A stretch of DNA of 32,000 nt, from positions 930,001 to 962,000 of the forward strand of contig CP065004.1 in the NCBI GenBank assembly GCA_016700135.1. The letters run 5' to 3'. Shown piece by piece: positions 7,582-16,181 of this stretch (positions are counted from its first letter, which is position 1; every line of letters begins with the position of its first letter). Below the pieces are notes generated by a model. The model worked only from the letters and a program-made list of their open reading frames with translations, ran no database searches and was not told the DNA's origin. A program made the position numbers and the translations under genes. The DNA comes from Candidatus Saccharimonadota bacterium. Its GTDB lineage: Bacteria; Patescibacteriota; Microgenomatia; UBA1406; GWC2-37-13.

Positions 7582-8643
7582 ATGAATAGAACACTCACAG
7601 TTTCATCGACTTCAGGTAGCTATCCCGTCACTTTTGTTGATGACTTGAGAGACGGACTTAAGAAAACCGGGCAGAAGAACGCACATTTACTGCTCGATAG
7701 TCACATAGGCAAAATGTATAAGAAGATTGATAGCACTGCATTCCTTTCAGTTTATGAATTTGACGCGAGGGAATCAAACAAAAATCTCACTGAAGTTCAA
7801 AACTATGCACAGTTTCTAATAAAAAACGGTATTAAAAAGAGCCATCAGGTTGTAGTGATTGGCGGTGGTCTTATCCAGGATATCGGTTCGTTTACTGCGC
7901 ATATTCTGCTTCGGGGTATAAACTGGGTTTTTATACCAACCACACTTTTGAGCGTTGCAGACAGCTGCATCGGTTCAAAATCCGGCATAAATGTCGGAGC
8001 ATATAAAAATCAAGTAGGTGCATTTCACCCACCAAAAGAGATTTATATTTATCATGGTTTTCTTAAAACGCTTCCGGCGCAGGAAATACAAAACGGTATT
8101 GGGGAGATATTAAAACATGCTCTAATCAAAGGCGGTAGTTCCTATCAAAGCATTACCGAGAACTTATCTCATATTCAGCAGGACAAAGTGAAAGGTGAGC
8201 AGGTCATCTATGAAAGTCTTTTGATAAAAAAAGAAATTGTTGAAGAAGATGAGTTTGAAAAGGATATTCGTCGTTTGCTGAATTACGGACATTCATTCGG
8301 ACACGCATTGGAAGGTTATACAAAAAATAAAATACCGCATGGGATCGGGGTGAGTATTGGTATGGATATTGCAAATTTTGTATCTATGAAAAGAAAGCTG
8401 ATAACTCAAGAGCAGTTTGATGAAATAAGCCGTGTCCTAAGAACGTATATTCCCTACGATCAAATTCAGATTGATGATATCGACCTGTACCTAAAGTTTC
8501 TTTCCCGTGATAAGAAAATCATTGGAGATAAACTCTATGCTATTCTGTGTGAAGGCATAGGAACAATTAAAATCACGCCTATCAAAATCGATAAGGAGCT
8601 TGGAGATCAGATTACGGAATATTGTCAGTCTTTCAAAAGATAA
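7582..8643 (+). CDS. 3-dehydroquinate synthase superfamily enzyme (sugar-phosphate cyclase; DHQS/EEVS/DDGS-like)
   Basis: VVVIGGGLIQDIGSFTAHILLRGINWVFIPTTLLSVADSCIGSKSGINVGAYKNQVGAFHPPKEIYI..LKTLPAQEIQNGIGEILKHALI and KKEIVEEDEFEKDIRRLLNYGHSFGHALE...HGIGVSIGM align without gaps to the motifs I recall from E. coli AroB: GGGVVGDLTGF, PTTLLSQVDSSVGGKT, GKNMIGAF, AEVIKYGII, LNLGHTFGHAIE. Starts 1 nt after the methyltransferase stop. Confidence 0.8.
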   Translation: MNRTLTVSSTSGSYPVTFVDDLRDGLKKTGQKNAHLLLDSHIGKMYKKIDSTAFLSVYEFDARESNKNLTEVQNYAQFLIKNGIKKSHQVVVIGGGLIQDIGSFTAHILLRGINWVFIPTTLLSVADSCIGSKSGINVGAYKNQVGAFHPPKEIYIYHGFLKTLPAQEIQNGIGEILKHALIKGGSSYQSITENLSHIQQDKVKGEQVIYESLLIKKEIVEEDEFEKDIRRLLNYGHSFGHALEGYTKNKIPHGIGVSIGMDIANFVSMKRKLITQEQFDEISRVLRTYIPYDQIQIDDIDLYLKFLSRDKKIIGDKLYAILCEGIGTIKITPIKIDKELGDQITEYCQSFKR

Positions 8644-8648
8644 CTATT

Positions 8649-10061
8649 ATGTCACAGTTTGTAGGTATAGATATTGGAGCAAGCTTCGTGAAAGGGGCAG
8701 TTTTTGATCTACAGACAGGATCAATTCACAGTATTGTTAAGTATCCTTCTCCTGAGAATAATCTCACTCATTCCGGCAGTGCACCATTACGCTTTGAAAT
8801 CGACGGCAAAGAGTATGTAGCTCTTGCGAAAAAAATAATAGATACATTCCTTTCCAGACATGACAATATCGAAGGAATTGTTTTTTCAACTCAAATGCAT
8901 GGAATGATTCTTGTTGATTCTGAGAATACTCCGCTTTCCCCTTTTATCGGTTGGCAGGATGAACGGCTGCTTGAAACAAATCTGAAAACCGGGGTAACAT
9001 GGATGGATGAAGTCCATAATCGACTGATAGACATTGATACTTTGCAAACTGGAATAACGTTACGGTCAGGGCTGATGGGGAGTACTCTTTTCTGGTTGCA
9101 GCAGAATAATAAACTTATTCCAACAAGCAAAGCACTTTTCCTTGCAGATTTTGTAGCAGTTTCACTGACATCAGGGAAAGCATGCGTAGACGTAACGAAT
9201 GCCTGTGGCTCAGGATTATTTAATACTAAAAAAGGAAGTTGGGATAAAATAATATGTCGGGCACTCCACATCCCTCTTTCAGTGCTTCCCGATGTTGTAC
9301 CGACGGGAACGTCGATTGGAGCTCTTAATCTAAACGGGAAACAGATTCCTGTATATGTTTCAGTCGGTGATTTACAAGCAGCGGTTTTAGGCAGCTTAGT
9401 TAAACCAAAAACTGAATTATCAATCAATATCGGGACAGGTTCACAGATTTCGATTATTCATGACAGATTTCAATCCGGAAATTATGATATCCGTTCATTT
9501 TTTGATAACTCATATCTGTATACGGTAACCCATCTGCCAGCAGGACGTGCACTGAATGTAATTATTGCACTAATTAAAAACTTTAGTAAGTCTGTTCTGA
9601 AGAAAAATATAAATGATACTGAAATTTGGGGGAATTTACTTTCGTCATTGCATAAAAAGAAGAATAGTGAAGGACTGAAAGCAAATATTTCCTTTTTTAA
9701 GAATAATGCAACAAGCATGCAAACTGGAGCTTTTTCTTCGATCACTGAGCATAATTTTACCGTTGAAAACATTTTCTATGCAGCAATAACAAGTATGTCT
9801 CACAATTACTACCAGGCATTTCAGAGACTACCGGGACATGAAACCATTGATCAGATAATTTGCTCTGGTGGAGTTATACGTCAAATTAAAGAGCTTCAGG
9901 ATTGCATCAGGAAAACATTCCAAAAACCTCTCCAAATGGCTCAGTATGAAGAGGAAACATTGGTAGGACTCTTTATAATTGCCAGGTACTGCCGGCACGA
10001 CTTTGATACAATAAAGGCGGCTTCAGATTCCGTTAAAAATCAACCTATTCGATTTGCATAA
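8649..10061 (+). CDS. FGGY-family carbohydrate kinase (motif pattern closest to the sedoheptulokinase-type branch)
   Basis: FVGIDIGASFVKGAVF (phosphate-1), FSTQMHGMILVD, IGWQDERL, VSVGDLQAAVLGS, SINIGTGSQIS, and ICSGGVIRQ near the C-terminus. The ATG at 8649 is 5 nt after the cyclase stop; the track start at 8622 is a TTG inside the cyclase gene. Confidence 0.65.
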   Translation: MSQFVGIDIGASFVKGAVFDLQTGSIHSIVKYPSPENNLTHSGSAPLRFEIDGKEYVALAKKIIDTFLSRHDNIEGIVFSTQMHGMILVDSENTPLSPFIGWQDERLLETNLKTGVTWMDEVHNRLIDIDTLQTGITLRSGLMGSTLFWLQQNNKLIPTSKALFLADFVAVSLTSGKACVDVTNACGSGLFNTKKGSWDKIICRALHIPLSVLPDVVPTGTSIGALNLNGKQIPVYVSVGDLQAAVLGSLVKPKTELSINIGTGSQISIIHDRFQSGNYDIRSFFDNSYLYTVTHLPAGRALNVIIALIKNFSKSVLKKNINDTEIWGNLLSSLHKKKNSEGLKANISFFKNNATSMQTGAFSSITEHNFTVENIFYAAITSMSHNYYQAFQRLPGHETIDQIICSGGVIRQIKELQDCIRKTFQKPLQMAQYEEETLVGLFIIARYCRHDFDTIKAASDSVKNQPIRFA

Positions 10062-10062
10062 T

Positions 10063-11910
10063 ATGACAAAACCACCCAAGAAAACAGTGAAATTGAGCGA
10101 TTATCTGTTTGATGAATTATACAAACGTGGTGTTACTCATATTTTCCTCCTGTCAGGAGGAGGTAATATCCACCTGATAGACTCTGTTGGTAAAAGTAAA
10201 ATCAAATATGTCTGCAATCATCATGAACAGGCAAGTGCCACATCCGCAGAAGGATATGCCAGGGCTAAAGGTGATATCGGTGTATGTCTTGTGACAACCG
10301 GTCCCGGCGGAACAAACGCTATCACCGGTGCTCTCGGGTCATGGCTTGATTCAATCCCGATGCTTGTCATCTCAGGGCAGGTGAAGCGGGAGCTAATCGG
10401 TGCCGGTACTGAGCTTGGACTCCGTCAGTACGGTCCCCAGGAAATAAACATTATTGATATGGTCAAACCGGTTACAAAATATGCGGTGACGGTGATGGAT
10501 CCGAATGACATTAAGTATCATCTTGATAAAGCTATATATTTAGCTAAAGATGGCAGGCAAGGACCTGTTTGGCTTGACATCCCACTTGATATACAGGGTG
10601 CCCAAATCGACACTTCAAGTTTAAAGACTTTTAATACTTCAGAAGTAAAGAAACCGTATCAGACGGATAAAGCAAAACTTAAAAAACTGGTGTCAGAAAC
10701 CCTTGATAAGCTGAGAAGTGCAAATCGCCCGGTTTTTTACGCGGGAAACGGGATACGACTTGCCGGTGCAGCCGAGCAGTTTCGGGAGCTAGTCAATCTT
10801 CTGAAAATTCCTGTTCTCATGAGCTATGTCGGATACGACCTTCTGCCTACAGATCATCCTTATTACTTCGGGAGAGCTCATGCGCTCGGTCAGCGTGCTG
10901 CCAACTTTATTGTCCAAAACTGTGATGTATTGCTCTCAGTCGGTGCAAGAATGGATATTCTGACCACAGGTTTCACTTATCAGGCATATGCCCGAGAGGC
11001 ATATAAAATCATGGTTGATGTTGATAAGAATGAGATCAATAAACCGTCACTTTCAATTGATATGCCGATTCAGTATGATGCAAAGGAATTTATTGAAGAA
11101 ATGATTCGTCAGATAAAAGCGAAACCTCTCAGACTTGATATCCAGAACTGGCTGGATTACGGTCGGAATCTCAATCAAAAATATCCGAATATTCAGCAGA
11201 AATTCTGGAAGGAAAAAAATTACGTCAATCCATACTGCTTTATTGAAACTATTGCAAAATATTTCAATAAAGATGAAACTATTGTTGTTTCCAACGGCGT
11301 TGGTCCCCTAAACTGTTCTTATCAGGCGCTTCCTATTAAAGGCACACAACGGGTCATCCTTAACCTAGGTTGTGCACAAATGGGATATGGGTTACCGGCC
11401 GCAATAGGGGCTGCTTTTGCATATGATAAAAAGAAACGTATTATTTGTTTTGAAGGCGACGGTAGTCTTCAGCTGAATATTCATGAGCTTGAAGTCATGA
11501 AACATCACAACCTACCGATCAAGCTATTTGTTTACAGTAACGACGGATATCTTTCCATTCGTAATACACAGAAAGGATTATTTAAGGGTAACTATACTGC
11601 TACAGACTCTGGCAGTGGAGTCAGTTGTCCCGATTTCGTAAAAGTAGGAAAAGCATATGGCATACCATCAATAAGAATTCACAACCACTCTGACATGGAT
11701 CGAAAGATCAAAGAAGTGCTTAATTCGGAAGGACCGATCCTTTGTGACCTGAATGCAGTTCGTGATCTTACCCTTACTCCGAAATTACAAACGAAGCAAA
11801 CTCCGGACGGGAAATTCATCTCTCCGACCCTTGAAGACATGGCACCTTTTTTGAGTGATGAAGAATTACGAGCAAATATGCTGATACCATTATGGGAAGA
11901 AAAAAACTGA
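10063..11910 (+). CDS. Thiamine-diphosphate-dependent enzyme of the acetolactate synthase family (YerE-like branched-sugar synthase candidate; IolD-like is an alternative)
   Basis: N-terminal Pyr domain (HIFLLSGGGNIHLIDS..NHHEQASATSAEGYARAKG..VCLVTTGPGGTNAITGALGSWLDSIPMLVISGQV), a central domain, and a C-terminal ThDP motif GDGSLQLNIHELEVMKHHNLPIKLFVYSNDGY. The ATG at 10063 is 1 nt after the kinase stop. Confidence 0.7.
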   Translation: MTKPPKKTVKLSDYLFDELYKRGVTHIFLLSGGGNIHLIDSVGKSKIKYVCNHHEQASATSAEGYARAKGDIGVCLVTTGPGGTNAITGALGSWLDSIPMLVISGQVKRELIGAGTELGLRQYGPQEINIIDMVKPVTKYAVTVMDPNDIKYHLDKAIYLAKDGRQGPVWLDIPLDIQGAQIDTSSLKTFNTSEVKKPYQTDKAKLKKLVSETLDKLRSANRPVFYAGNGIRLAGAAEQFRELVNLLKIPVLMSYVGYDLLPTDHPYYFGRAHALGQRAANFIVQNCDVLLSVGARMDILTTGFTYQAYAREAYKIMVDVDKNEINKPSLSIDMPIQYDAKEFIEEMIRQIKAKPLRLDIQNWLDYGRNLNQKYPNIQQKFWKEKNYVNPYCFIETIAKYFNKDETIVVSNGVGPLNCSYQALPIKGTQRVILNLGCAQMGYGLPAAIGAAFAYDKKKRIICFEGDGSLQLNIHELEVMKHHNLPIKLFVYSNDGYLSIRNTQKGLFKGNYTATDSGSGVSCPDFVKVGKAYGIPSIRIHNHSDMDRKIKEVLNSEGPILCDLNAVRDLTLTPKLQTKQTPDGKFISPTLEDMAPFLSDEELRANMLIPLWEEKN

Positions 11911-12779
11911 CGGTATTGCTAACCGGATCCGGCGGATATATCGGGAAGAATGTCCTTACACAACTGTCTGACTCCTATAACTTTCTAGCACCCAGAAGTA
12001 AAGAACTTGATCTGACGGAAGATACAGCCGTATCAAAGTTTTTTCAAGAACATTCAATTGATGTGGTTATACATGGGGCAGTCGTAGGAGGAAGCAGGAA
12101 GGAAGAAGCGCAGAAAGATGCCCTGAAAACAAATCTTCGAATATTTATGAACATCATGCGTAACGCTGGCAGGTACTCAAAACTAGTACATCTGGGATCA
12201 GGAGCAGAATATGACAAGAGATTGCCTATGGTAGACATTTCCGAAGATGAATTTGATCGGAGCATCCCGAATGACGATTATGGCTTTTATAAATACTTAT
12301 GTTCAAAATATGTTACAAATACTCCAAATAGTGTAAATTTGCGAATCTTCGGAATATTCGGTAAATATGAGGATTATAGACTGAGATTTATTTCGAATGC
12401 AATATGTCGTAATATTCTTGGCTTGCCTATTACAATAAACCAAAACGTAGTATTTGATTATGTATATGTCAATGATTTTGTAAAGATAATTGATTATTTT
12501 ATTCAGAATGACACAAAGGAAAAACAATATAATATTGCTACAGGAAAAAAAATTGACTTGGCAACCATTGCTGGGATCATAAACGAGATCTCAGGTAAAC
12601 CATCTGAGATAATCATTAAAAATCCCGGGATGAACAATGAATATACGGCAAATGCAGATAAACTAAAGAAGGAGTTGGGAAATTTCTCGTTCACTCCTTT
12701 CAAGAAATCTGTTTCTGAATTATATATCTGGTACAGAGAGCATATGAATGAGTTAACAATTACAAAGGAAATCTTATGA
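11892..12779 (+). CDS. NAD(P)-dependent sugar epimerase/reductase (extended SDR)
   Basis: VLLTGSGGYIGKNV glycine-rich loop and a YLCSK YxxxK motif. 295 aa. Overlaps the ThDP enzyme gene by 19 nt. Confidence 0.6.
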   Translation: MGRKKLTVLLTGSGGYIGKNVLTQLSDSYNFLAPRSKELDLTEDTAVSKFFQEHSIDVVIHGAVVGGSRKEEAQKDALKTNLRIFMNIMRNAGRYSKLVHLGSGAEYDKRLPMVDISEDEFDRSIPNDDYGFYKYLCSKYVTNTPNSVNLRIFGIFGKYEDYRLRFISNAICRNILGLPITINQNVVFDYVYVNDFVKIIDYFIQNDTKEKQYNIATGKKIDLATIAGIINEISGKPSEIIIKNPGMNNEYTANADKLKKELGNFSFTPFKKSVSELYIWYREHMNELTITKEIL

Positions 12780-13441
12780 ATAGGACGGTATTTATTACGG
12801 GGGGTGCACGGGGGATTGGTAAAACGTTAGTTGACCACCTTTCTTCGCTTGGATATGAAGTTGTCGCTCCGTCAAGAGAAGAGATGGACCTATCTGACTC
12901 TGAATCAATTGCAAATTATTTGCAGAATCACTCTGATTTGAAAGTGGATATCCTTATAAATAATGCCGGCATTAATAAACCTGAATGGATTGAGGAAATG
13001 ACCGATAAAAATATTGAGGACACGATCCGTATCAATCTGGAATCCCCTATTCGATTACTTCGGGGACTGATCGGTCATATGAAAGAAAAAAAATGGGGAC
13101 GGATCGTCAATATCAGTTCGGCTTTTGGAATTGTAGCCCGCGGGAAACAGGTTTTGTATTGTTCGACAAAACACGGGATAAACGGTATGACTAAAGCTTT
13201 GGCCTTAGAACTTGCTCCCTATAATATTTTAGTTAACTCAGTTTGTCCCGGATTTGCCGAAACAGAGATGGTACTTAGAAATCCTAAAGAAAAAATCGCA
13301 TCGATTGAAGCAGATATTCCTCTCGGGCGTCTGGTTAAACCTGAAGAAATCGCTCATCTCGTCGAGTTTTTAATATCTGAACAAAACACCTATATGACGG
13401 GAGCTGAAGTAGTCATTGACGGTGGATTTAGTGTAAAATAG
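12776..13441 (+). CDS. Classical short-chain dehydrogenase/reductase (FabG-like ketoreductase)
   Basis: VFITGGARGIGKTL, NNAGI, NISS, and YCSTK (YxxxK). ATGA start/stop overlap with the preceding gene. Confidence 0.7.
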   Translation: MNRTVFITGGARGIGKTLVDHLSSLGYEVVAPSREEMDLSDSESIANYLQNHSDLKVDILINNAGINKPEWIEEMTDKNIEDTIRINLESPIRLLRGLIGHMKEKKWGRIVNISSAFGIVARGKQVLYCSTKHGINGMTKALALELAPYNILVNSVCPGFAETEMVLRNPKEKIASIEADIPLGRLVKPEEIAHLVEFLISEQNTYMTGAEVVIDGGFSVK

Positions 13442-13458
13442 GGAGTTTTCCAGTCTAT

Positions 13459-14712
13459 ATGAATAAAGCAAATTTCAACTCAGGTGAAACCTACATTCCC
13501 GTCTCAGGAAAAGTGTATGATCATAAAGAGATTGATAATGCTATAGAAGCCTCAAAAGACGCATGGTGGACAGAAGGGCGTTTTGTCAAGGAATTCGAAA
13601 GAAAATTCAGAAATTTCATGGGACGTCGTTATGTTTCATTGGTGAATTCAGGATCCTCTGCCAATCTTATAGCTCTCTACTCTCTTACCTCATCAGTATT
13701 CGGCAAACGGGCTTTGAAAAAAGGTGATGAATTTATCACGGCAGCAGTAGGTTTCCCCACAACAGTCAATCCGGGTATTCAATTCGGCCTTACTCCGGTA
13801 TTTGTTGATGTTGATTTGAAGACTCTCAATATGGATGCGGATCAGATTGAAAAAGCAATTACACCACGGACAAAGCTTATTATGATGGCTCATACTCTGG
13901 GGATTCCGTTTGACCTTGAAAAAGTCCAATATCTCGCTAAAAAGCATGACCTTTGGCTTATTGAAGACAGCTGTGACGCTTTAGGGTCTCGTTATGACGG
14001 TAAGTTTGTCGGAACATTCGGAGATATCGCTACATACAGTTTCTATCCTGCCCATCAAATGACTATGGGTGAAGGAGGCGCGATTATCACAGACAATCCG
14101 CTCATCCACCGATCGATTCGGCAATTTCGGGATTGGGGTCGGGACTGCTGGTGTGATACTGGGCAGGACAATACCTGCGGAAAACGCTTTGGTTGGCAGC
14201 TTGGAGATCTTCCGTTCGGGTATGATCACAAATATATTTACTCTCAGATCGGTTTTAATGTAAAGCTCACCGATTTTCAGGCAGCAATCGGGGTCGCTCA
14301 GATCGATAAAGTTCCCGGATTTATTGAAGCAAGAAAAGAAAATTATAAAAAGCTACATGCCTTTTTCAGCAACTATCCTGAGTATTTTCAACTCATTGAA
14401 CTTTCAGGAAAAGAAGATCCGTGCTGGTTTGGATTTCCTGTTATTGTGAAAGAAGATGCTCCGTTTACGCGAAATGAACTTACACACTACCTGGAGGATA
14501 ATAAGATCGGGACACGAAATGTATTTGCAGGGAATCTGTTGAGACATCCGGCTTATCTAAACTTAAAAAAGAAACGGGTGGTCGGCAAAATCAAAAACGC
14601 TGATGTCGTCATGAAACAGGCATTCTGGCTCGGCGTCTGGCCGGGGATAAAAGAACAACAAGTAACATATATCTTAAGGACGTTACAAACTTTTATTAAG
14701 CGTCACCAATGA
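13459..14712 (+). CDS. rfbH: CDP-6-deoxy-L-threo-D-glycero-4-hexulose 3-dehydrase (E1, PMP- and [2Fe-2S]-dependent; DegT/DnrJ/EryC1 fold)
   Basis: RfbH-type N-terminus (YIPVSGKVYDHKEIDNAIEASKDAWWTEGRF). SFYPAHQMTMGEGG has His and no Lys at the Schiff-base position. The Cys pattern EDSC-(57 aa)-CWC-(7 aa)-C reproduces the C-X57-C-X1-C-X7-C cluster motif reported for Yersinia E1; I counted it by hand. Confidence 0.85.
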   Translation: MNKANFNSGETYIPVSGKVYDHKEIDNAIEASKDAWWTEGRFVKEFERKFRNFMGRRYVSLVNSGSSANLIALYSLTSSVFGKRALKKGDEFITAAVGFPTTVNPGIQFGLTPVFVDVDLKTLNMDADQIEKAITPRTKLIMMAHTLGIPFDLEKVQYLAKKHDLWLIEDSCDALGSRYDGKFVGTFGDIATYSFYPAHQMTMGEGGAIITDNPLIHRSIRQFRDWGRDCWCDTGQDNTCGKRFGWQLGDLPFGYDHKYIYSQIGFNVKLTDFQAAIGVAQIDKVPGFIEARKENYKKLHAFFSNYPEYFQLIELSGKEDPCWFGFPVIVKEDAPFTRNELTHYLEDNKIGTRNVFAGNLLRHPAYLNLKKKRVVGKIKNADVVMKQAFWLGVWPGIKEQQVTYILRTLQTFIKRHQ

Positions 14713-15668
14713 GGATTGATAAAAATCGTGTTATTGCAATCCTTGTTTTAATACTGCTTGGAACACTTCTCTACTATATACAAAATTTAAATAATAAGCA
14801 GATAAGCACAGTTTCTGTTGCTCGCAAAGAAATGATAGAAAAAGGTGAATTATTCAGTGATAAGTATATGGAAAGTTCACCTTTTGTATGGAAAGGAAAA
14901 CTCTATTACCTTATATCGGACAGAAACGATGCTGAGCAAAAACATAGTTTAGTAATTTATGATCATGAAAAAAGAGAAAAAATCTCACCGCATTTCGGCG
15001 ACCAATTGAGTCTTGCAAGTGCTTTTGTAGACGGAGATACTCTTTATATTTACGGTACGAAAGACTGGACAGTATTCGGGAAATCAGAAGTATTTGAAAT
15101 CAAAACCAAGAATTTGAAAGATTTTACTGGTCCGCGAAGTGTTTTTAAAGCAAATGAAAATATGCGGTTTTTTAATACGTCAGTTACTAAAGATGAAGAT
15201 AATGGTGTGTATGTTATGGCACTTGAGACTGATGAAAAAGACAGAACACCTTTTTCGATCCGATTTCTTCGCTCGTGGACTCTGGATGAGTGGCAGATGG
15301 ACGAGTATGCAGTTTATGGAAATGATACCTATGTTGCCTGCCCGACCATTAGACATCTTGACGGCACGTACTATTTGCTTTTAGGAGATGAACATTTTTA
15401 TGATCCCAATTGCCCGGAGTGCAAGCAATATATTACCCGTATTGCAAAATCAACGGACCTTATGACCTGGGAAACGAGTGCAATACCTTTCCTCCTGCCT
15501 GATCCGGACGGATCGGAAGGTCTAAGTGCTGCAGATGTAGACTTGGCTGAGTATGAAGATAAAACGATTATTCACTATTCTATTAGCGATCAGTCGACAT
15601 GGGGAGATCTCAAGTCAGCAACATTTAATGGTTCTATGATTGAACTATTTTCTCTTTTCTTTGAGTAA
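14709..15668 (+). CDS. Membrane-anchored extracytoplasmic protein, possible beta-propeller (function unknown)
   Basis: 319 aa with an N-terminal TM (VIAILVLILLGTLLYYI) and a repetitive beta-strand-like pattern. One Asp-box-like KSTDLMTWE. ATGA overlap with rfbH. The 3' end overlaps the convergent acetyltransferase gene by 24 nt. Confidence 0.4.
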   Translation: MRIDKNRVIAILVLILLGTLLYYIQNLNNKQISTVSVARKEMIEKGELFSDKYMESSPFVWKGKLYYLISDRNDAEQKHSLVIYDHEKREKISPHFGDQLSLASAFVDGDTLYIYGTKDWTVFGKSEVFEIKTKNLKDFTGPRSVFKANENMRFFNTSVTKDEDNGVYVMALETDEKDRTPFSIRFLRSWTLDEWQMDEYAVYGNDTYVACPTIRHLDGTYYLLLGDEHFYDPNCPECKQYITRIAKSTDLMTWETSAIPFLLPDPDGSEGLSAADVDLAEYEDKTIIHYSISDQSTWGDLKSATFNGSMIELFSLFFE

Positions 15669-16181
15669 TTTTTGTATAATTTTGTCAGAGAAGCGCTTCT
15701 TAATAAGCTTTGCCGGTACTCCCCCCATAATTGAATACGGTTCTACATCTTTAGCAACTAGTGCATTTGCTCCAATAATCGACCCTTTCCCGATTCGGAC
15801 GCCGGGAATGACTGTCACATTAGCACATATCCATACATCCTCTTCAATAGTTACTTTCTTGGTTGTGATTCCCTGCTCTGTGATAGGCTTTTCCCAATCA
15901 GAAAAGGCATGGTTGACGCTCAGAATATTAGTGTTTGGTCCGATAAGTACATAATCTCCAATTTCTACTCCACCTTGGCCATAAATATCGGTATTATGGT
16001 TGATGTAGACATTTTTGCCAATTGCTACTCCACCGGGTGCAAGGATGCGGCATCCATGCATTATTCGTATTCCTTTCCCGGCAGACTTGAGAAAAATGCT
16101 CCAAAACTTACCTCGAAGTGTTGCCTGAGAAAGAATAATGTTATTTGCCAGATTCCTTATGATTTCTTTGAGCATGTCCAT
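15645..16181 (-). CDS. Hexapeptide-repeat (left-handed beta-helix) sugar O-acetyltransferase, WbbJ/Maa-like
   Basis: Imperfect hexapeptide repeats throughout (IGKNVYINHNTDIYGQGGVEIGDYVLIGPNTNI ... VTIEEDVWICANVTVIPGVRIGKGSIIGANALVAKDVEPYSIMGGVPAKLIKKR). Confidence 0.8.
   Translation of the reverse strand: MDMLKEIIRNLANNIILSQATLRGKFWSIFLKSAGKGIRIMHGCRILAPGGVAIGKNVYINHNTDIYGQGGVEIGDYVLIGPNTNILSVNHAFSDWEKPITEQGITTKKVTIEEDVWICANVTVIPGVRIGKGSIIGANALVAKDVEPYSIMGGVPAKLIKKRFSDKIIQKLLKEKRK

Noticed and set aside
8891-9772. 178-aa and 96-aa minus-strand ORFs inside the FGGY kinase gene. Similar nested ORFs occur at 3491..3893, 5677..6227, 12044..12703, 13693..14263, 15640..16274, 16454..16747, 20100..20671, 23773..24316, 24759..26656, 28189..28791 and 30403..30856.
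   Set aside because: They are antisense or alternative-frame shadows of well-supported genes with family motifs. They have no independent start context and no recognisable domains.
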